Source: Candidatus Neomicrothrix sp. UBA825 (GTDB lineage: Bacteria > Actinomycetota > Acidimicrobiia > Acidimicrobiales > UBA8592). Taken from it: a stretch of DNA of 64,000 nt. Under the pieces are notes generated by a model. It ran no database searches and was not told where the DNA came from. It saw only the letters and a program-made list of their open reading frames with translations. The position numbers and the translations under genes are program-made. The stretch covers positions 43,971-107,970 of the forward strand of contig DBHP01000091.1 in the NCBI GenBank assembly GCA_002295705.1. Reading direction: 5' to 3'. Shown piece after piece: positions 31,230 to 41,007 of this stretch (the first letter of the stretch is position 1; each line of letters starts with the position of its first letter).

Positions 31230-31931
31230 CTAGAATAGTTTTGAAGCAAGCTTTCTTCTAAAGATATTTGCTTGCTCAGATTCAGAACCGAGCACATCCA
31301 AAAGGTCAACGAATTCTTTACGAGCTTCATCATTTTCGGAGACATGTTCTAGGAGGGATTCGAGCTTCTCAAGAATTTCTCCTGGTGCGATATCACCGAT
31401 TCTTGCCAAGGCTTCAATTCTTCTTGTCTCGGAGCTTTCGGGGATTCTTTTAAGAAGTACCAGTGCTTCGTCAGCTCTGCCACTATCAACAAATATTGTC
31501 GCTAGTGCAGTGACTGCTTCAACATGGTCAGGGACTGCTAAGAGGATTTCAGACAAAGATTCTTCCGAGCCTTCTGCAAGCAAATTATCAATAATCGTGT
31601 CCTGCTCAGTAGGCAAGATGCTATCAACGAACTCTTGTACAGCATCTTCTGCTTGAGCCCCCATGAATCCGTTTACGACTGCCCCGTCTTTGAATGCGTA
31701 CACGGCGGGGATGCTCTGCACTTGGAATGTCTCGCGTATTTGTGGATTTTCGTCAATATTGACCGCTACAAGTTCCACATCACCATTTGTTTTAGCTACA
31801 ACTTTCTCGAGAATAGGTGTTAATGATTTGCATGGCTCGCACCATGGAGCCCATAAATCGACTATTACTGGGATGGTTTCTGAACGAATTATTACATCGT
31901 TGTTGAAGGTTTCATCAGTTACTGACTTCAT
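31230..31931 (-). CDS. Thioredoxin domain + TPR protein (YbbN/CnoX-like)
   Basis: DLWAPWCEPCK, VQSIPAV and C-terminal RRKLASKLF. Confidence 0.88.
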   Translation of the reverse strand: MKSVTDETFNNDVIIRSETIPVIVDLWAPWCEPCKSLTPILEKVVAKTNGDVELVAVNIDENPQIRETFQVQSIPAVYAFKDGAVVNGFMGAQAEDAVQEFVDSILPTEQDTIIDNLLAEGSEESLSEILLAVPDHVEAVTALATIFVDSGRADEALVLLKRIPESSETRRIEALARIGDIAPGEILEKLESLLEHVSENDEARKEFVDLLDVLGSESEQANIFRRKLASKLF

Positions 31932-32102
31932 AGACTCAATATAGCCAAATGCGGTTTAATTTACCCGTTCAGCAATCGATCAAGAGATCATTTAAAATCG
32001 TTGATTCATTAAAAGGACCGTTTGGTTTATTACTCAAGAATGGGCGGAAATATGGTTCATCAGGTTCAGAATGCTTTGAACGAGCCCCGCAAACTTTAGT
32101 TG

Positions 32103-32175
32103 TGGAGCTAAGGGGAATTGAACCCCTGACCTCTTCCATGCCATGGAAGCGCTCTACCAACTGAGCTATAGCCCC
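32103..32175 (-). tRNA. tRNA-Ala(GGC)
   Basis: GGGGCTATAGCTCAGTTGGTAGAGCG...CTTCC-ATGGCAT-GGAAG...GGTTCAATTCC...TAGCTCCA; G3-U70 pair; CCA not encoded. Confidence 0.96.
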
Positions 32176-32238
32176 TTAGATCCGTACCTTATCGGTTAGC
32201 TCAGGAACCTTGACATAGAAAGCCAAATTAGCTTTAAT

Positions 32239-32586
32239 TTATTGAACCATTTCTGAAGGCATATCACCCCATAATTTCTCTAATTTGTAATGATCACGCT
32301 CATCTGAATGAAAAACATGGACGACAAAGTCTCCATAATCCATGAGCACCCATAGGTAATCATTATTTCCCTCTATGCGTAATGGTTTTGGACCAGACTT
32401 ATTGGTTATTTGAGCTTCGATTTCTTCGACCAACGCGCGAACCTGACGAGAATTCATACCAGACGTAATGATGAAATTATCTGATATACCTAATACGTCT
32501 CCAACATCAATAATTAGAGTGTCATGCCCCTTCTTTTCAGTAATCGCATTTACAGCTATGTCAATCCAAGGTGATCTCACTTGCAT
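32239..32586 (-). CDS. rsfS: Ribosome silencing factor
   Basis: EKKGHD, RQVRAL, WVLMDYGDFVVHVF and YKLEKLWGD. Confidence 0.95.
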   Translation of the reverse strand: MQVRSPWIDIAVNAITEKKGHDTLIIDVGDVLGISDNFIITSGMNSRQVRALVEEIEAQITNKSGPKPLRIEGNNDYLWVLMDYGDFVVHVFHSDERDHYKLEKLWGDMPSEMVQ

Positions 32587-32596
32587 TTATGGTAAC

Positions 32597-33736
32597 TCAT
32601 TCTATGGAGTTACCCCCTATCAAGATGACTACATCCACTGCAGATTCAGGTAGTGGCTCAAATTCAATGCTGGAACCACCAATGGCTGTGCTGAAAGCCT
32701 CGGCAAAATTCAAGTAGGTTTCGTCATAATAGGTGATAATACTTTCGCGGACACCGAATTGCTCGGCATTCCCTACTAGCTTTATTTCCGCTCCAGCTGC
32801 GATGAGTTGCGGCACAAACGCATTAACTATATCTACTCCCCCAATGCCGTCAAGCAACTTTATTTTGGCCCGTCCGCTTTCGAAGGGAGCTATCGGAAAT
32901 GGAACTGTCTCAAGAAGCATTGCGTTTAGAAAGTCTTCTTCAACTCTCAAGTATCTATTGGAGTCTTCAGCTTCAAATAAGTTCAGATTTTGAATAATGA
33001 GATTTCCAGAACTTAACCCTCGGAACATTCGATTTAATTCTTTCTCCTGCCATTTACCGCCCAAAGCATCCGTTTCATCAGCTTTCAAAGAGCCAAGCCA
33101 TGATTCCCAGAAATTCTTGTGCCTAAGCCACCTGTTGTAACTCGATTCATCACCGCTTTCCCATGCCAGATAGTCAAAAATATTTGAAGGGCTGAGTACT
33201 AATTGGCCAGAATCGAAGACCACTTTCGGCTGACCGTCATCTAGCTCAATAAGTGGATCATTCAAAGAAACAGTCAAAGGAGCAGCTACTTCGAAATAGT
33301 CCACTAAATCTTCCTCAGAAATAAAGGATGTGGTATTGAAACCCAACTTTAGGTACCGCCCTAGTTCTACAATAAATTCGGGTTCGCTGACTGTTGAATA
33401 TATTTCACCAATTGATGCATTCTCTGCAATTAGCAAATCCACAGGTAAGACAACCGCAGTTCCGCCTTCGTCATCAGTAAATAAAGATAACAATGCGATT
33501 GAAACCAATTCGCTATTGCCTCCCTTTATTCCGAGCAGATATGTGGGTGTTGAACTCACATAACTCTCAAAGCCGGGTGCTAGAGGGTCAAGAACTACTT
33601 TATTAAAGTCTCCATCGGATGATTCCAGTATGGCATCTGTCGCATCGCGAACGAGCAACAGAGCTACCAAACCTAGCCCCACAACGGCAAGCGGCAGAAC
33701 CCAATTCCACCACCGAAATCTCCTATCTCTCCTCAA
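32597..33736 (-). CDS. Membrane-anchored LCP-like protein with LytR C-terminal domain
   Basis: Basic N-terminus plus one TM helix; C-terminal KIKLLDGIG...VGNA...DVVILIG resembles LytR_C; the middle resembles a degenerate LCP domain. Confidence 0.55.
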   Translation of the reverse strand: MRRDRRFRWWNWVLPLAVVGLGLVALLLVRDATDAILESSDGDFNKVVLDPLAPGFESYVSSTPTYLLGIKGGNSELVSIALLSLFTDDEGGTAVVLPVDLLIAENASIGEIYSTVSEPEFIVELGRYLKLGFNTTSFISEEDLVDYFEVAAPLTVSLNDPLIELDDGQPKVVFDSGQLVLSPSNIFDYLAWESGDESSYNRWLRHKNFWESWLGSLKADETDALGGKWQEKELNRMFRGLSSGNLIIQNLNLFEAEDSNRYLRVEEDFLNAMLLETVPFPIAPFESGRAKIKLLDGIGGVDIVNAFVPQLIAAGAEIKLVGNAEQFGVRESIITYYDETYLNFAEAFSTAIGGSSIEFEPLPESAVDVVILIGGNSIE

Positions 33737-33739
33737 GAG

Positions 33740-34333
33740 TTACTCACGATAAAGGCCATGTTCTGAAATATAGTTTCTAATTTCGTCGGGTATTGCACCT
33801 GAAATATTTTCTTCATTTTTGAATTGCGAGCGTATGGTTTCCGATGAGATATCTAAGTTAACCCCTTGAAGATGAATAGCTGAAGAAAGGATAGAAGGTA
33901 ACTTCATGTTCGTAAACCCTGGCCGCTCAACCACCACTACCTGAGACTGATCTAATATTAAATCAGGATCACGCCATGTCCTGATACCAATCGCAGCGTC
34001 ATACCCTAGCAGTAAATAAAATTCAGCACCTTGGTACTTTGATCGAAGAGCACGCAGGGTATTTGCTGTATTGGACTCCCCCCCTAGTTGAAATTCAATA
34101 TCTGAAATAGTGGCGTCACTATAATCACGAAAAAGAAGCCTTGTCATTTCCAATCTATGCGGGCCATCTGTAACTTGTCGGGTAGCGCTCTTTTGCCAAG
34201 GATCATTGGCGACAGTCACTAATACATGATCGAGTTCTAGTTGCTCTACCGCCGATCTGACCAATTCCAGATGAGCTTGATGAGGCGGATCAAATGACCC
34301 CCCAAAGACACCTAACTTAATATTTTTCTGCAC
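33740..34333 (-). CDS. nadD: Nicotinate-nucleotide adenylyltransferase
   Basis: GVFGGSFDPPHQAH, PWQK, LLGYD and ISSETIR. Confidence 0.93.
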   Translation of the reverse strand: MQKNIKLGVFGGSFDPPHQAHLELVRSAVEQLELDHVLVTVANDPWQKSATRQVTDGPHRLEMTRLLFRDYSDATISDIEFQLGGESNTANTLRALRSKYQGAEFYLLLGYDAAIGIRTWRDPDLILDQSQVVVVERPGFTNMKLPSILSSAIHLQGVNLDISSETIRSQFKNEENISGAIPDEIRNYISEHGLYRE

Positions 34334-34414
34334 TTTTGTATGCTATACTAAGAAGCATTGGATGCAGAAGGGTTTAAGTGTTACCTCCTGTTTTGAGTCT
34401 TTTAGAACAAATGC

Positions 34415-34449
34415 TTGATTTATCTTGGGATATGTATTAAATTACATAT
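34415..34449 (+). promoter_or_regulatory. Candidate sigma-70 promoter with overlapping palindrome, upstream of the sigma gene
   Basis: TTGATT(34415-20)-17 bp-TAAATT(34438-43); ATATGTA-N6-TACATAT at 34430-34449. Confidence 0.45.
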
Positions 34450-34621
34450 GCTTTTAGATCAGCCCTTTTTTGGGTTGTTCGCACGCGTTAAGTGTTTAGC
34501 AAGATAGCAATATCAACAGATCCCCCCCGATCAAACGTTGAGGAACTATTTGATAGTTCTTGTGCATTATCACAAATCTGGTTCGCCAGATCCCCCCAAC
34601 CCCCGAATAAGTGAGAAAATT

Positions 34622-35458
34622 ATGAGTGATTCAGTAGGACAATATTTAAATGAGATAGGGTTAGTACCCCTTCTTACCGCGGCAGAAGAGCGCGAGCTTT
34701 CTCAAATCATTGAGAAAGGCGTTGCAGCAAGAGAGCGTCTTGCTGATGGCGAAAAAGGAGTAGAGCTCAAAAGAGCTGACCGTAAGGCAGCAGAGGCTAA
34801 AGACCGGTTTATCAGAGCAAACTTACGACTGGTCGTCAGCGTAGCCCGCCGATACCCACTTCCAGCTGGCATGGAACTACTAGATTTAATCCAAGAAGGT
34901 AACCTTGGGTTAGAACATGCAGTTGACAAATTTGATTGGCGGAAAGGTTTCAAATTCTCAACTTATGCTACCTTCTGGATACGTCAAGCAATAGGAAGAG
35001 CGCTTGATCAAAAAGCTAGCCTAGTTAGATTACCTGGTGATAGATCTGCAAGCCTTCGGGCTGCACTCAGGCAGGTTTCTGGTGACGGCGATGAACTTGA
35101 TGAAGAGCATGCAAGACTACATAGGCTTACAACCCCTACTTCACTCGATAGAACAATTGGTGACGATGATAGCAATGAGCTTGTTGATCTACTCCCAGAT
35201 GTCAACCCTGGCCCTGAACAAGCGGTCATGGAAGAAGCACGAGAAACAATGGTTTACGATTTACTAAATGTTCTTGATGATCGTGCAAGGTACGCTGTTG
35301 AGCAGCGTTTTGGACTCCAAGATGGGCGCAAGCGAAGCTACCGAGAAGTTGGAGAGGAACTTGGTGTAACTGCTGAAGCAGCCCGAAGACTTGTAAAGCG
35401 AGCAGTAAATATTGTTCGCGAAAGCGCCCCTGATCAAATGGATATTGACGCTGCATAA
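34622..35458 (+). CDS. RpoD-like sigma-70 factor, short (no region 1.1)
   Basis: DSVGQYLNEIG, LLTAAEE, ANLRLVVSVARRY and DLIQEGNLGL..AVDKFD..KGFKFSTYATFWIRQAI; start placed at ATG 34622. Confidence 0.93.
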   Translation: MSDSVGQYLNEIGLVPLLTAAEERELSQIIEKGVAARERLADGEKGVELKRADRKAAEAKDRFIRANLRLVVSVARRYPLPAGMELLDLIQEGNLGLEHAVDKFDWRKGFKFSTYATFWIRQAIGRALDQKASLVRLPGDRSASLRAALRQVSGDGDELDEEHARLHRLTTPTSLDRTIGDDDSNELVDLLPDVNPGPEQAVMEEARETMVYDLLNVLDDRARYAVEQRFGLQDGRKRSYREVGEELGVTAEAARRLVKRAVNIVRESAPDQMDIDAA

Positions 35459-35524
35459 TCATTGATTTGAATGTAAATCGGTAATTTGGTTGTGATCTTA
35501 TTAATAAACAGAGACAATTAATAG

Positions 35525-36871
35525 GTGACTAATAATTGGAGCCCCAACAGCTGGACTAGTTTCCCTGCAGATCAACAACCTGATTGGCCAGATGACAACG
35601 AATACAACGCTGTTCTAAAAGAAATTTCTGCACTACCACCCTTGGTATTTGCTGGCGAAGCAAGAACGCTAAAAAGTCAGTTAGCGCGGGTCTGCAATGG
35701 GGAAGCCCTTCTACTCCAAGCTGGTGACTGTGCGGAATCCTTCTCAGCGCTCTCAGCGAATTCAATACGTGACAAACTTAAAGTCATTCTCCAAATGGCG
35801 GTTGCCCTAACTTACTCAACTGGGCTGCCAGTGGTAAAGGTAGGACGTATAGCGGGACAATTTGCTAAGCCTCGGTCGAGTCCTACAGAAACGAAAGATG
35901 ACATAGAGCTTCCATCGTTTCGGGGGCACATAGTCAACGACACAGACTTTAATGCAGGGGCACGAACCGCTGACCCAAAGAGGCTTCTGATGGCATACAA
36001 CCAAAGTTCTGCGACCTTAAACCTGCTCAGAGCTTTCACAAGCGGAGGTTTTGCGGACTTAACGCAAGTCCACTCTTGGAATCAACAATTTGTTGCGAAC
36101 AGCCCTGCAGGCGCGCAGTACAAAGAAATAGCTGACGGAATCACAAACGCTCTCGCTTTTATGAGGGCTTGCGGTATCGCATCAGAAGATCACCCCGCTC
36201 TCCACGAAGTTGATTTCTATACAAGTCATGAAGCTCTTTTACTCGGATATGAAGAAGCTCTTACGAGAAGCGACTCGATGAGTGGAGATTGGTATGACTG
36301 CTCAGCTCACATGCTTTGGATTGGAGAGAGGACAAGGCAGCTTGATGGGGCCCATATTGAATTCCTTAGAGGTGTAGAAAACCCATTGGGCTGCAAATTA
36401 GGCCCAACTGCAACAGCGGAAGAAGCTATCAAGCTGTGCGAAATATTAAACCCTGAACAAATGGCAGGAAGACTCACATTCATTACCAGAATGGGGTCCT
36501 CGGTAATAGATGATACCCTTCCAGGTTTAGTAAGCGCAGTCCAAGCCTCAGGACATCCTGTAGTTTGGGCTTGCGACCCAATGCACGGAAACACGTACAC
36601 AGCGGAATCTGGATTAAAGACTAGAAACTTCTCTGACGTCGTAGATGAAACAAAGAAATTCTTCCACATACACCGCTCATTGGGAACTTGGGCAGGAGGA
36701 ATCCACGTTGAGCTCACTGGTGACAATGTTACTGAATGTGTAGGAGGCGCCGAAAACCTTTCGGATGATGACTTAGCTCTCCGTTACGAAACGATGTGCG
36801 ATCCTAGGCTAAACGCATCGCAGAGTCTTGAGCTAGCGTTTCACGTAGCTGAAGAATTGCGAGCCAGCTAG
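35525..36871 (+). CDS. Class II DAHP synthase
   Basis: QQPDW, LQAGDCAESF, GRIAGQFAKPRS, WIGERTRQ, CDPMHGNT and CDPRLN. Confidence 0.96.
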   Translation: MTNNWSPNSWTSFPADQQPDWPDDNEYNAVLKEISALPPLVFAGEARTLKSQLARVCNGEALLLQAGDCAESFSALSANSIRDKLKVILQMAVALTYSTGLPVVKVGRIAGQFAKPRSSPTETKDDIELPSFRGHIVNDTDFNAGARTADPKRLLMAYNQSSATLNLLRAFTSGGFADLTQVHSWNQQFVANSPAGAQYKEIADGITNALAFMRACGIASEDHPALHEVDFYTSHEALLLGYEEALTRSDSMSGDWYDCSAHMLWIGERTRQLDGAHIEFLRGVENPLGCKLGPTATAEEAIKLCEILNPEQMAGRLTFITRMGSSVIDDTLPGLVSAVQASGHPVVWACDPMHGNTYTAESGLKTRNFSDVVDETKKFFHIHRSLGTWAGGIHVELTGDNVTECVGGAENLSDDDLALRYETMCDPRLNASQSLELAFHVAEELRAS

Positions 36872-38319
36872 ACGAGGTTCTCAACAAAAGCTTCAAGTTG
36901 CTTCAAGTTTCGTACCTCGAACGTTCCATTACAAAAATCACTATATTCCCCCACGATAGAATCACCGGTGTCCCAATAACTCTTTGGTTCAGGATTTAGC
37001 CAGAAGACTTTGCGAGCCTTATCCTCAATATTCTTAATCACCCACGATTGTGATGCGTGATAATTGTTACGAGCATCTCCAAGGATTATCACGGTAGTCT
37101 TTGGCCCTATATCTTTTGCGAACTTTTCATCAAATATCTCAAATGCGTGCCCATAATCAGAGTGACCATCAACCCAAATAACATCCGCCTCGGTATTAAC
37201 TCTGTGTATCGCTTCGGTAATGTCATCAACATTCTCAAAGAAGTCAGTAACTTCGTCTAAGCCATCTATGAAAACGAATGAACGGACTTTCGAGAATTGA
37301 TTATTTAACGCATAAACAAGGTGAAGGGTGAACCTCGCAAAAGCAGCAACGGATCCTGAAATATCAGCAATTACCATTATCTCTGGTTTCGAGGGTTTAG
37401 GGTATTTAAATTTAGGTTCCGCCGGAACCCCTCCATAAGACAATGAATGACGAACCGTTCTTCGGAAATCCAGCGGCCCTTTTCTTCCATGACGCCTCTT
37501 TCTAGCTAAGCGGACTGCCAATTTTCTAGTTAGAGGCCAAATAGCACGTCGCAGAGCTACCATCTCTTCTCGACTGGCGTGCATAAAGTCAACATCTTCT
37601 GGAAGAGGTTTACGAAGCGTTTTCGCCATCGCTTCTACCCCTCGGTCAGCTACAAGCCTACGACGGATTTCCGCCTCAATTTCTCTTTTTAATTCTTCAA
37701 TCCTATGTTCATACTCATCTTTCCTTAAACGTTCCTCAAGAAAATCTGAATCGGGATCACTCTCAGCGCTACTAGTAAGTAAGCGATCCAAAACCTCTTC
37801 GAGATTCAAGTTTCGCAGTGTTCTGTACAAGTAATATGTTCCCCCCACAGGTCTACCGGGCTCCATTCCTGCAAAGCGCTGGACAGATTGACGGGCAACT
37901 GTCCTCATTAAATTTCTATCTTGTTTTGCAAGTGCTTGAAATAACATTTCTGCTAATTGCTCTTGGGTTAAACCTTCTTGACTCCCGCCTTGCCCGGCTA
38001 CTTGCCCTTCTTGCTCATTTACCGCCTCGGCATCAGTCGTATCAGACTCCCATTCACCATCAACTAATTCGTATTCTTGTCCGCGCAGCGAGAAGTAAAC
38101 TTCAAAAACAGTTTCAAATGCTTTCCAATGCGAGTGATTCTTGACAAGAGTGCCAGCTAAAGCATATTTAAATGTTTCTCGATCTTCGATGGGAATATGC
38201 TTCACTGCTTCTACTGCATCAAGATTTTCTGTCAAGCTAACCGGTAAACCTGCGCTTCGTAGTTCAACGATAAAACCATTTAATAGTTCAAGCAATGGAG
38301 AATGAGTTGCAATTTCCAA
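36868..38319 (-). CDS. VWA domain protein, CoxE-like
   Basis: LRSAGLPVS, LDFRRTVRHSL, MIDAS DISGS, GDARNNY and WLNPEP. Confidence 0.9.
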   Translation of the reverse strand: MEIATHSPLLELLNGFIVELRSAGLPVSLTENLDAVEAVKHIPIEDRETFKYALAGTLVKNHSHWKAFETVFEVYFSLRGQEYELVDGEWESDTTDAEAVNEQEGQVAGQGGSQEGLTQEQLAEMLFQALAKQDRNLMRTVARQSVQRFAGMEPGRPVGGTYYLYRTLRNLNLEEVLDRLLTSSAESDPDSDFLEERLRKDEYEHRIEELKREIEAEIRRRLVADRGVEAMAKTLRKPLPEDVDFMHASREEMVALRRAIWPLTRKLAVRLARKRRHGRKGPLDFRRTVRHSLSYGGVPAEPKFKYPKPSKPEIMVIADISGSVAAFARFTLHLVYALNNQFSKVRSFVFIDGLDEVTDFFENVDDITEAIHRVNTEADVIWVDGHSDYGHAFEIFDEKFAKDIGPKTTVIILGDARNNYHASQSWVIKNIEDKARKVFWLNPEPKSYWDTGDSIVGEYSDFCNGTFEVRNLKQLEAFVENLV

Positions 38320-39219
38320 TTAATTACTCACGGGCAGATTCAAATCTTCATCGGTAGAGAACTCTTTGATGGCTTTATCAATATCTGAACGGTATTTTAG
38401 AAGAATATTGACTGTGTCAGTTGCAGTTTGAGCGTCGATATGTTCAACACCCAAGTGAATTAACGTTCTCGCCCAATCTAAAGTCTCAGAAACGGAAGGC
38501 GCTTTCTTTAGTTCTAATTGTCTAACAGTTCTAACAACTCGAGCTATTTGATCACCTAAATTCTCTTCGATATCAGGTACTTTAGTCAGGATAATTTCCC
38601 TTTCACGTTCAAGCTCGGGGTAATCAATGTGGAGAAATAGGCACCGTCGCTTGAGGGCCTCTGAAAGTTCGCGAGTATTATTTGACGTCAAAAACACAAG
38701 CGGGATTTGTTTAGCTTCCATTGTTCCCAATTCAGGTATGGACACTTGGTAGTCAGAAAGTATCTCAAGTAATAAAGCCTCGGTCTCAATTTCTACTCTA
38801 TCTACCTCATCAATCAGCAACACGACAGGGTCATCAGAGCGAATAGCCTCAAGAAGTGGCCGAGTTAGAAGAAATTCATCGGAAAAGATATTGTCTTCAA
38901 GGTCTTCCCATGAATTTGATTCATCAGCATTTCGTTCTGCTTGTATCCTTAGAAGTTGTTTTTTATAGTTCCATTCATATAAAGCTTTGGATTCATCTAA
39001 GCCTTCATAACACTGAAGCCTTATCAGCCGTGATCCAGTCATCTCAGCCACACTCTTGGCGAGCTGGGTCTTGCCTGTTCCAGCAGGGCCTTCAACAAGT
39101 ATGGGCTTCTGAAGGCGATCAGCTAAATAGACAATGCCAGCAATACCGTCATCCGCTAAGTACTCAACAGAGCGAAGATCCTCCCTTACTTTGTTGACTT
39201 CGTTAAATCGATAGGACAT
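38320..39219 (-). CDS. MoxR family AAA+ ATPase, CoxD-like
   Basis: EGPAGTGKT, RLQCYEGLDE, LLIDEVDR and TRELSEALKRRC. Confidence 0.93.
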   Translation of the reverse strand: MSYRFNEVNKVREDLRSVEYLADDGIAGIVYLADRLQKPILVEGPAGTGKTQLAKSVAEMTGSRLIRLQCYEGLDESKALYEWNYKKQLLRIQAERNADESNSWEDLEDNIFSDEFLLTRPLLEAIRSDDPVVLLIDEVDRVEIETEALLLEILSDYQVSIPELGTMEAKQIPLVFLTSNNTRELSEALKRRCLFLHIDYPELEREREIILTKVPDIEENLGDQIARVVRTVRQLELKKAPSVSETLDWARTLIHLGVEHIDAQTATDTVNILLKYRSDIDKAIKEFSTDEDLNLPVSN

Positions 39220-39327
39220 ACCTCTTAAAGGGTAGAGGGCATCCCACTATTTATGCGAACTGTATTGGATAAATTGTGTATTTGCTGTTGCTTCCGTTGA
39301 ATGTTTGTTTAGAGGTAGGCTTAACTT

Positions 39328-41007
39328 GTGGAAAACGGGATATCAAGAAGTGACCTAAGCAGACCAAGTGGCCGAAATGCAATGATCGTCGGTGCAGGGA
39401 TCTCACTATCAAGATTATCTGGCCTTATTCGTGAGCTTATTTTCGCAGGTTTACTAGGTACCAGAGTAGCTGCCGACGCCTTCAAAGCAGCGTTGCAAAT
39501 ACCTGGTCTTTTGCAAAATATACTTGGCGAAGGAACATTATCCGCTTCATTTATCCCTACCTATAGCCGGCTCATTGATGACCACGAGGACGAGGATGAA
39601 CCAGGATTGGTCGCAGGCACCATTGTTACTATTCTTGGACTGGTTACCTCGGTAATCGTAATTATAGGAATTCTTGCTGCTCGACCAATGAGTAAAGTTC
39701 TTCTCCCATTACTGCCAGATGAAACATTTGAACTCACTGTTAACTTAGTCAGAATAATGTGGGCTGGACTGGGTTTCATTGTCCTTTCATCTTGGTGTTT
39801 AGGGGTCCTTAACGCACACAGAAGATTCTTTTTATCCTTTGCTGCCCCAATTCTTTGGAACGCTGCCCAGATTGTCTTTGCGCTATTAGCTTGGGCACAA
39901 GGCTGGTCTGATGCATCGGTTGCGAAAGCAGCGGCTTGGGGCGTTCTAGTGGGTGGTGCGCTTCAATTCCTTGTTCAAATTCCAGTAGTAATGAGAGTAT
40001 CCCCTTCAATTAGGTTAGGAGTTAAGAAAGGCTCAAAAGCTGTTCGTGAAATAGTCTCAAAATTTTTCCCAGCTGTATTGGGAAGAGGAGTTATCCAATT
40101 CTCAGGCTTTCTTGACTTGTTCCTTGCCGGTTTCCTTGCAACCGGCGCTTTAACAGCTCTATCGCTTGCCCAAATCATTTACATGTTACCTATCGGTTTG
40201 TTTGTGATGTCGATTATTTCTGCAGACCTTCCCGAATTCTCCAGGGACAAAGATAATATCTCTGCTGTAACCACAAGGTTTACAACAAGCTCAGAAAGAA
40301 TCGGCTTCTATTTAGTATTCTCCAGCATTGCTTTCGTAACAATGGGAGAACCGTTGGTTGACTTTCTATTCGAGCGAGGCAAGTTTACAAGCGAGGATAC
40401 GCTTTATATTTGGATCATTTTAGCCGCATACAGTCTTGGCCTTTATGCGACTGGAATGAGCAGGCTCTATCAAAATTTATGCTACTCGTTCGGAGATGTT
40501 AAAGGCCCAGCGCGATTAGCAGGATTACGTGTTTTAATAGCAGGATCCGTGGGTTTCCTACTTATGTTCCAGCTTGACCGTGTTGCCATTGACGGCGACA
40601 CGATTATCAGGATCGGCAATTTTCCCTCTTTCTCTCCCCTACCAGAATTTGCGCGAGCCCTAGATACTACCCCACAGCCACTTGGCGCTTTGGGCTTAGC
40701 ATTAGGAAGCTCACTAGGTGCTTGGATTGAATATTTTCTCTTAAAGAGGAGAGTTTCAGACAATTTCCATATTAAGAAGGATCCACATTTAGTAAGAAGA
40801 TTTTTTCTGGTACCGGGTTTGATTTCGGCAATACTCGCTGGAACCATTTCTTTTTGTCTATTTGATTACAACGCCTATTTGGTAGCACCGATTGCATTAC
40901 TGTCTAGTGGAATTCTTTACACGTTCATTTCATCACTTTTTGGTTCCAAAGCTGCGAAAGAGTTTCTGCAAACTATTCGTGTCAGTAAAGGTTCTCGCTC
41001 AAGATGA
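39328..41007 (+). CDS. murJ: Lipid II flippase MurJ
   Basis: SRLSGLIRE, ADAF, GEGTLSASFIP and FERGKFT. Confidence 0.92.
   Translation: MENGISRSDLSRPSGRNAMIVGAGISLSRLSGLIRELIFAGLLGTRVAADAFKAALQIPGLLQNILGEGTLSASFIPTYSRLIDDHEDEDEPGLVAGTIVTILGLVTSVIVIIGILAARPMSKVLLPLLPDETFELTVNLVRIMWAGLGFIVLSSWCLGVLNAHRRFFLSFAAPILWNAAQIVFALLAWAQGWSDASVAKAAAWGVLVGGALQFLVQIPVVMRVSPSIRLGVKKGSKAVREIVSKFFPAVLGRGVIQFSGFLDLFLAGFLATGALTALSLAQIIYMLPIGLFVMSIISADLPEFSRDKDNISAVTTRFTTSSERIGFYLVFSSIAFVTMGEPLVDFLFERGKFTSEDTLYIWIILAAYSLGLYATGMSRLYQNLCYSFGDVKGPARLAGLRVLIAGSVGFLLMFQLDRVAIDGDTIIRIGNFPSFSPLPEFARALDTTPQPLGALGLALGSSLGAWIEYFLLKRRVSDNFHIKKDPHLVRRFFLVPGLISAILAGTISFCLFDYNAYLVAPIALLSSGILYTFISSLFGSKAAKEFLQTIRVSKGSRSR

Noticed and set aside
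32040-32095. CUGAUGA plus short stems on the minus strand downstream of tRNA-Ala, hinting at a hammerhead ribozyme
   Set aside because: No correctly placed stem II and GAAA follow the motif; more likely chance or a weak terminator/processing structure.
31949-32164. ORFs 31949..32164 (+) and 31969..32160 (-)
   Set aside because: They overlap tRNA-Ala and are translations of the tRNA sequence.
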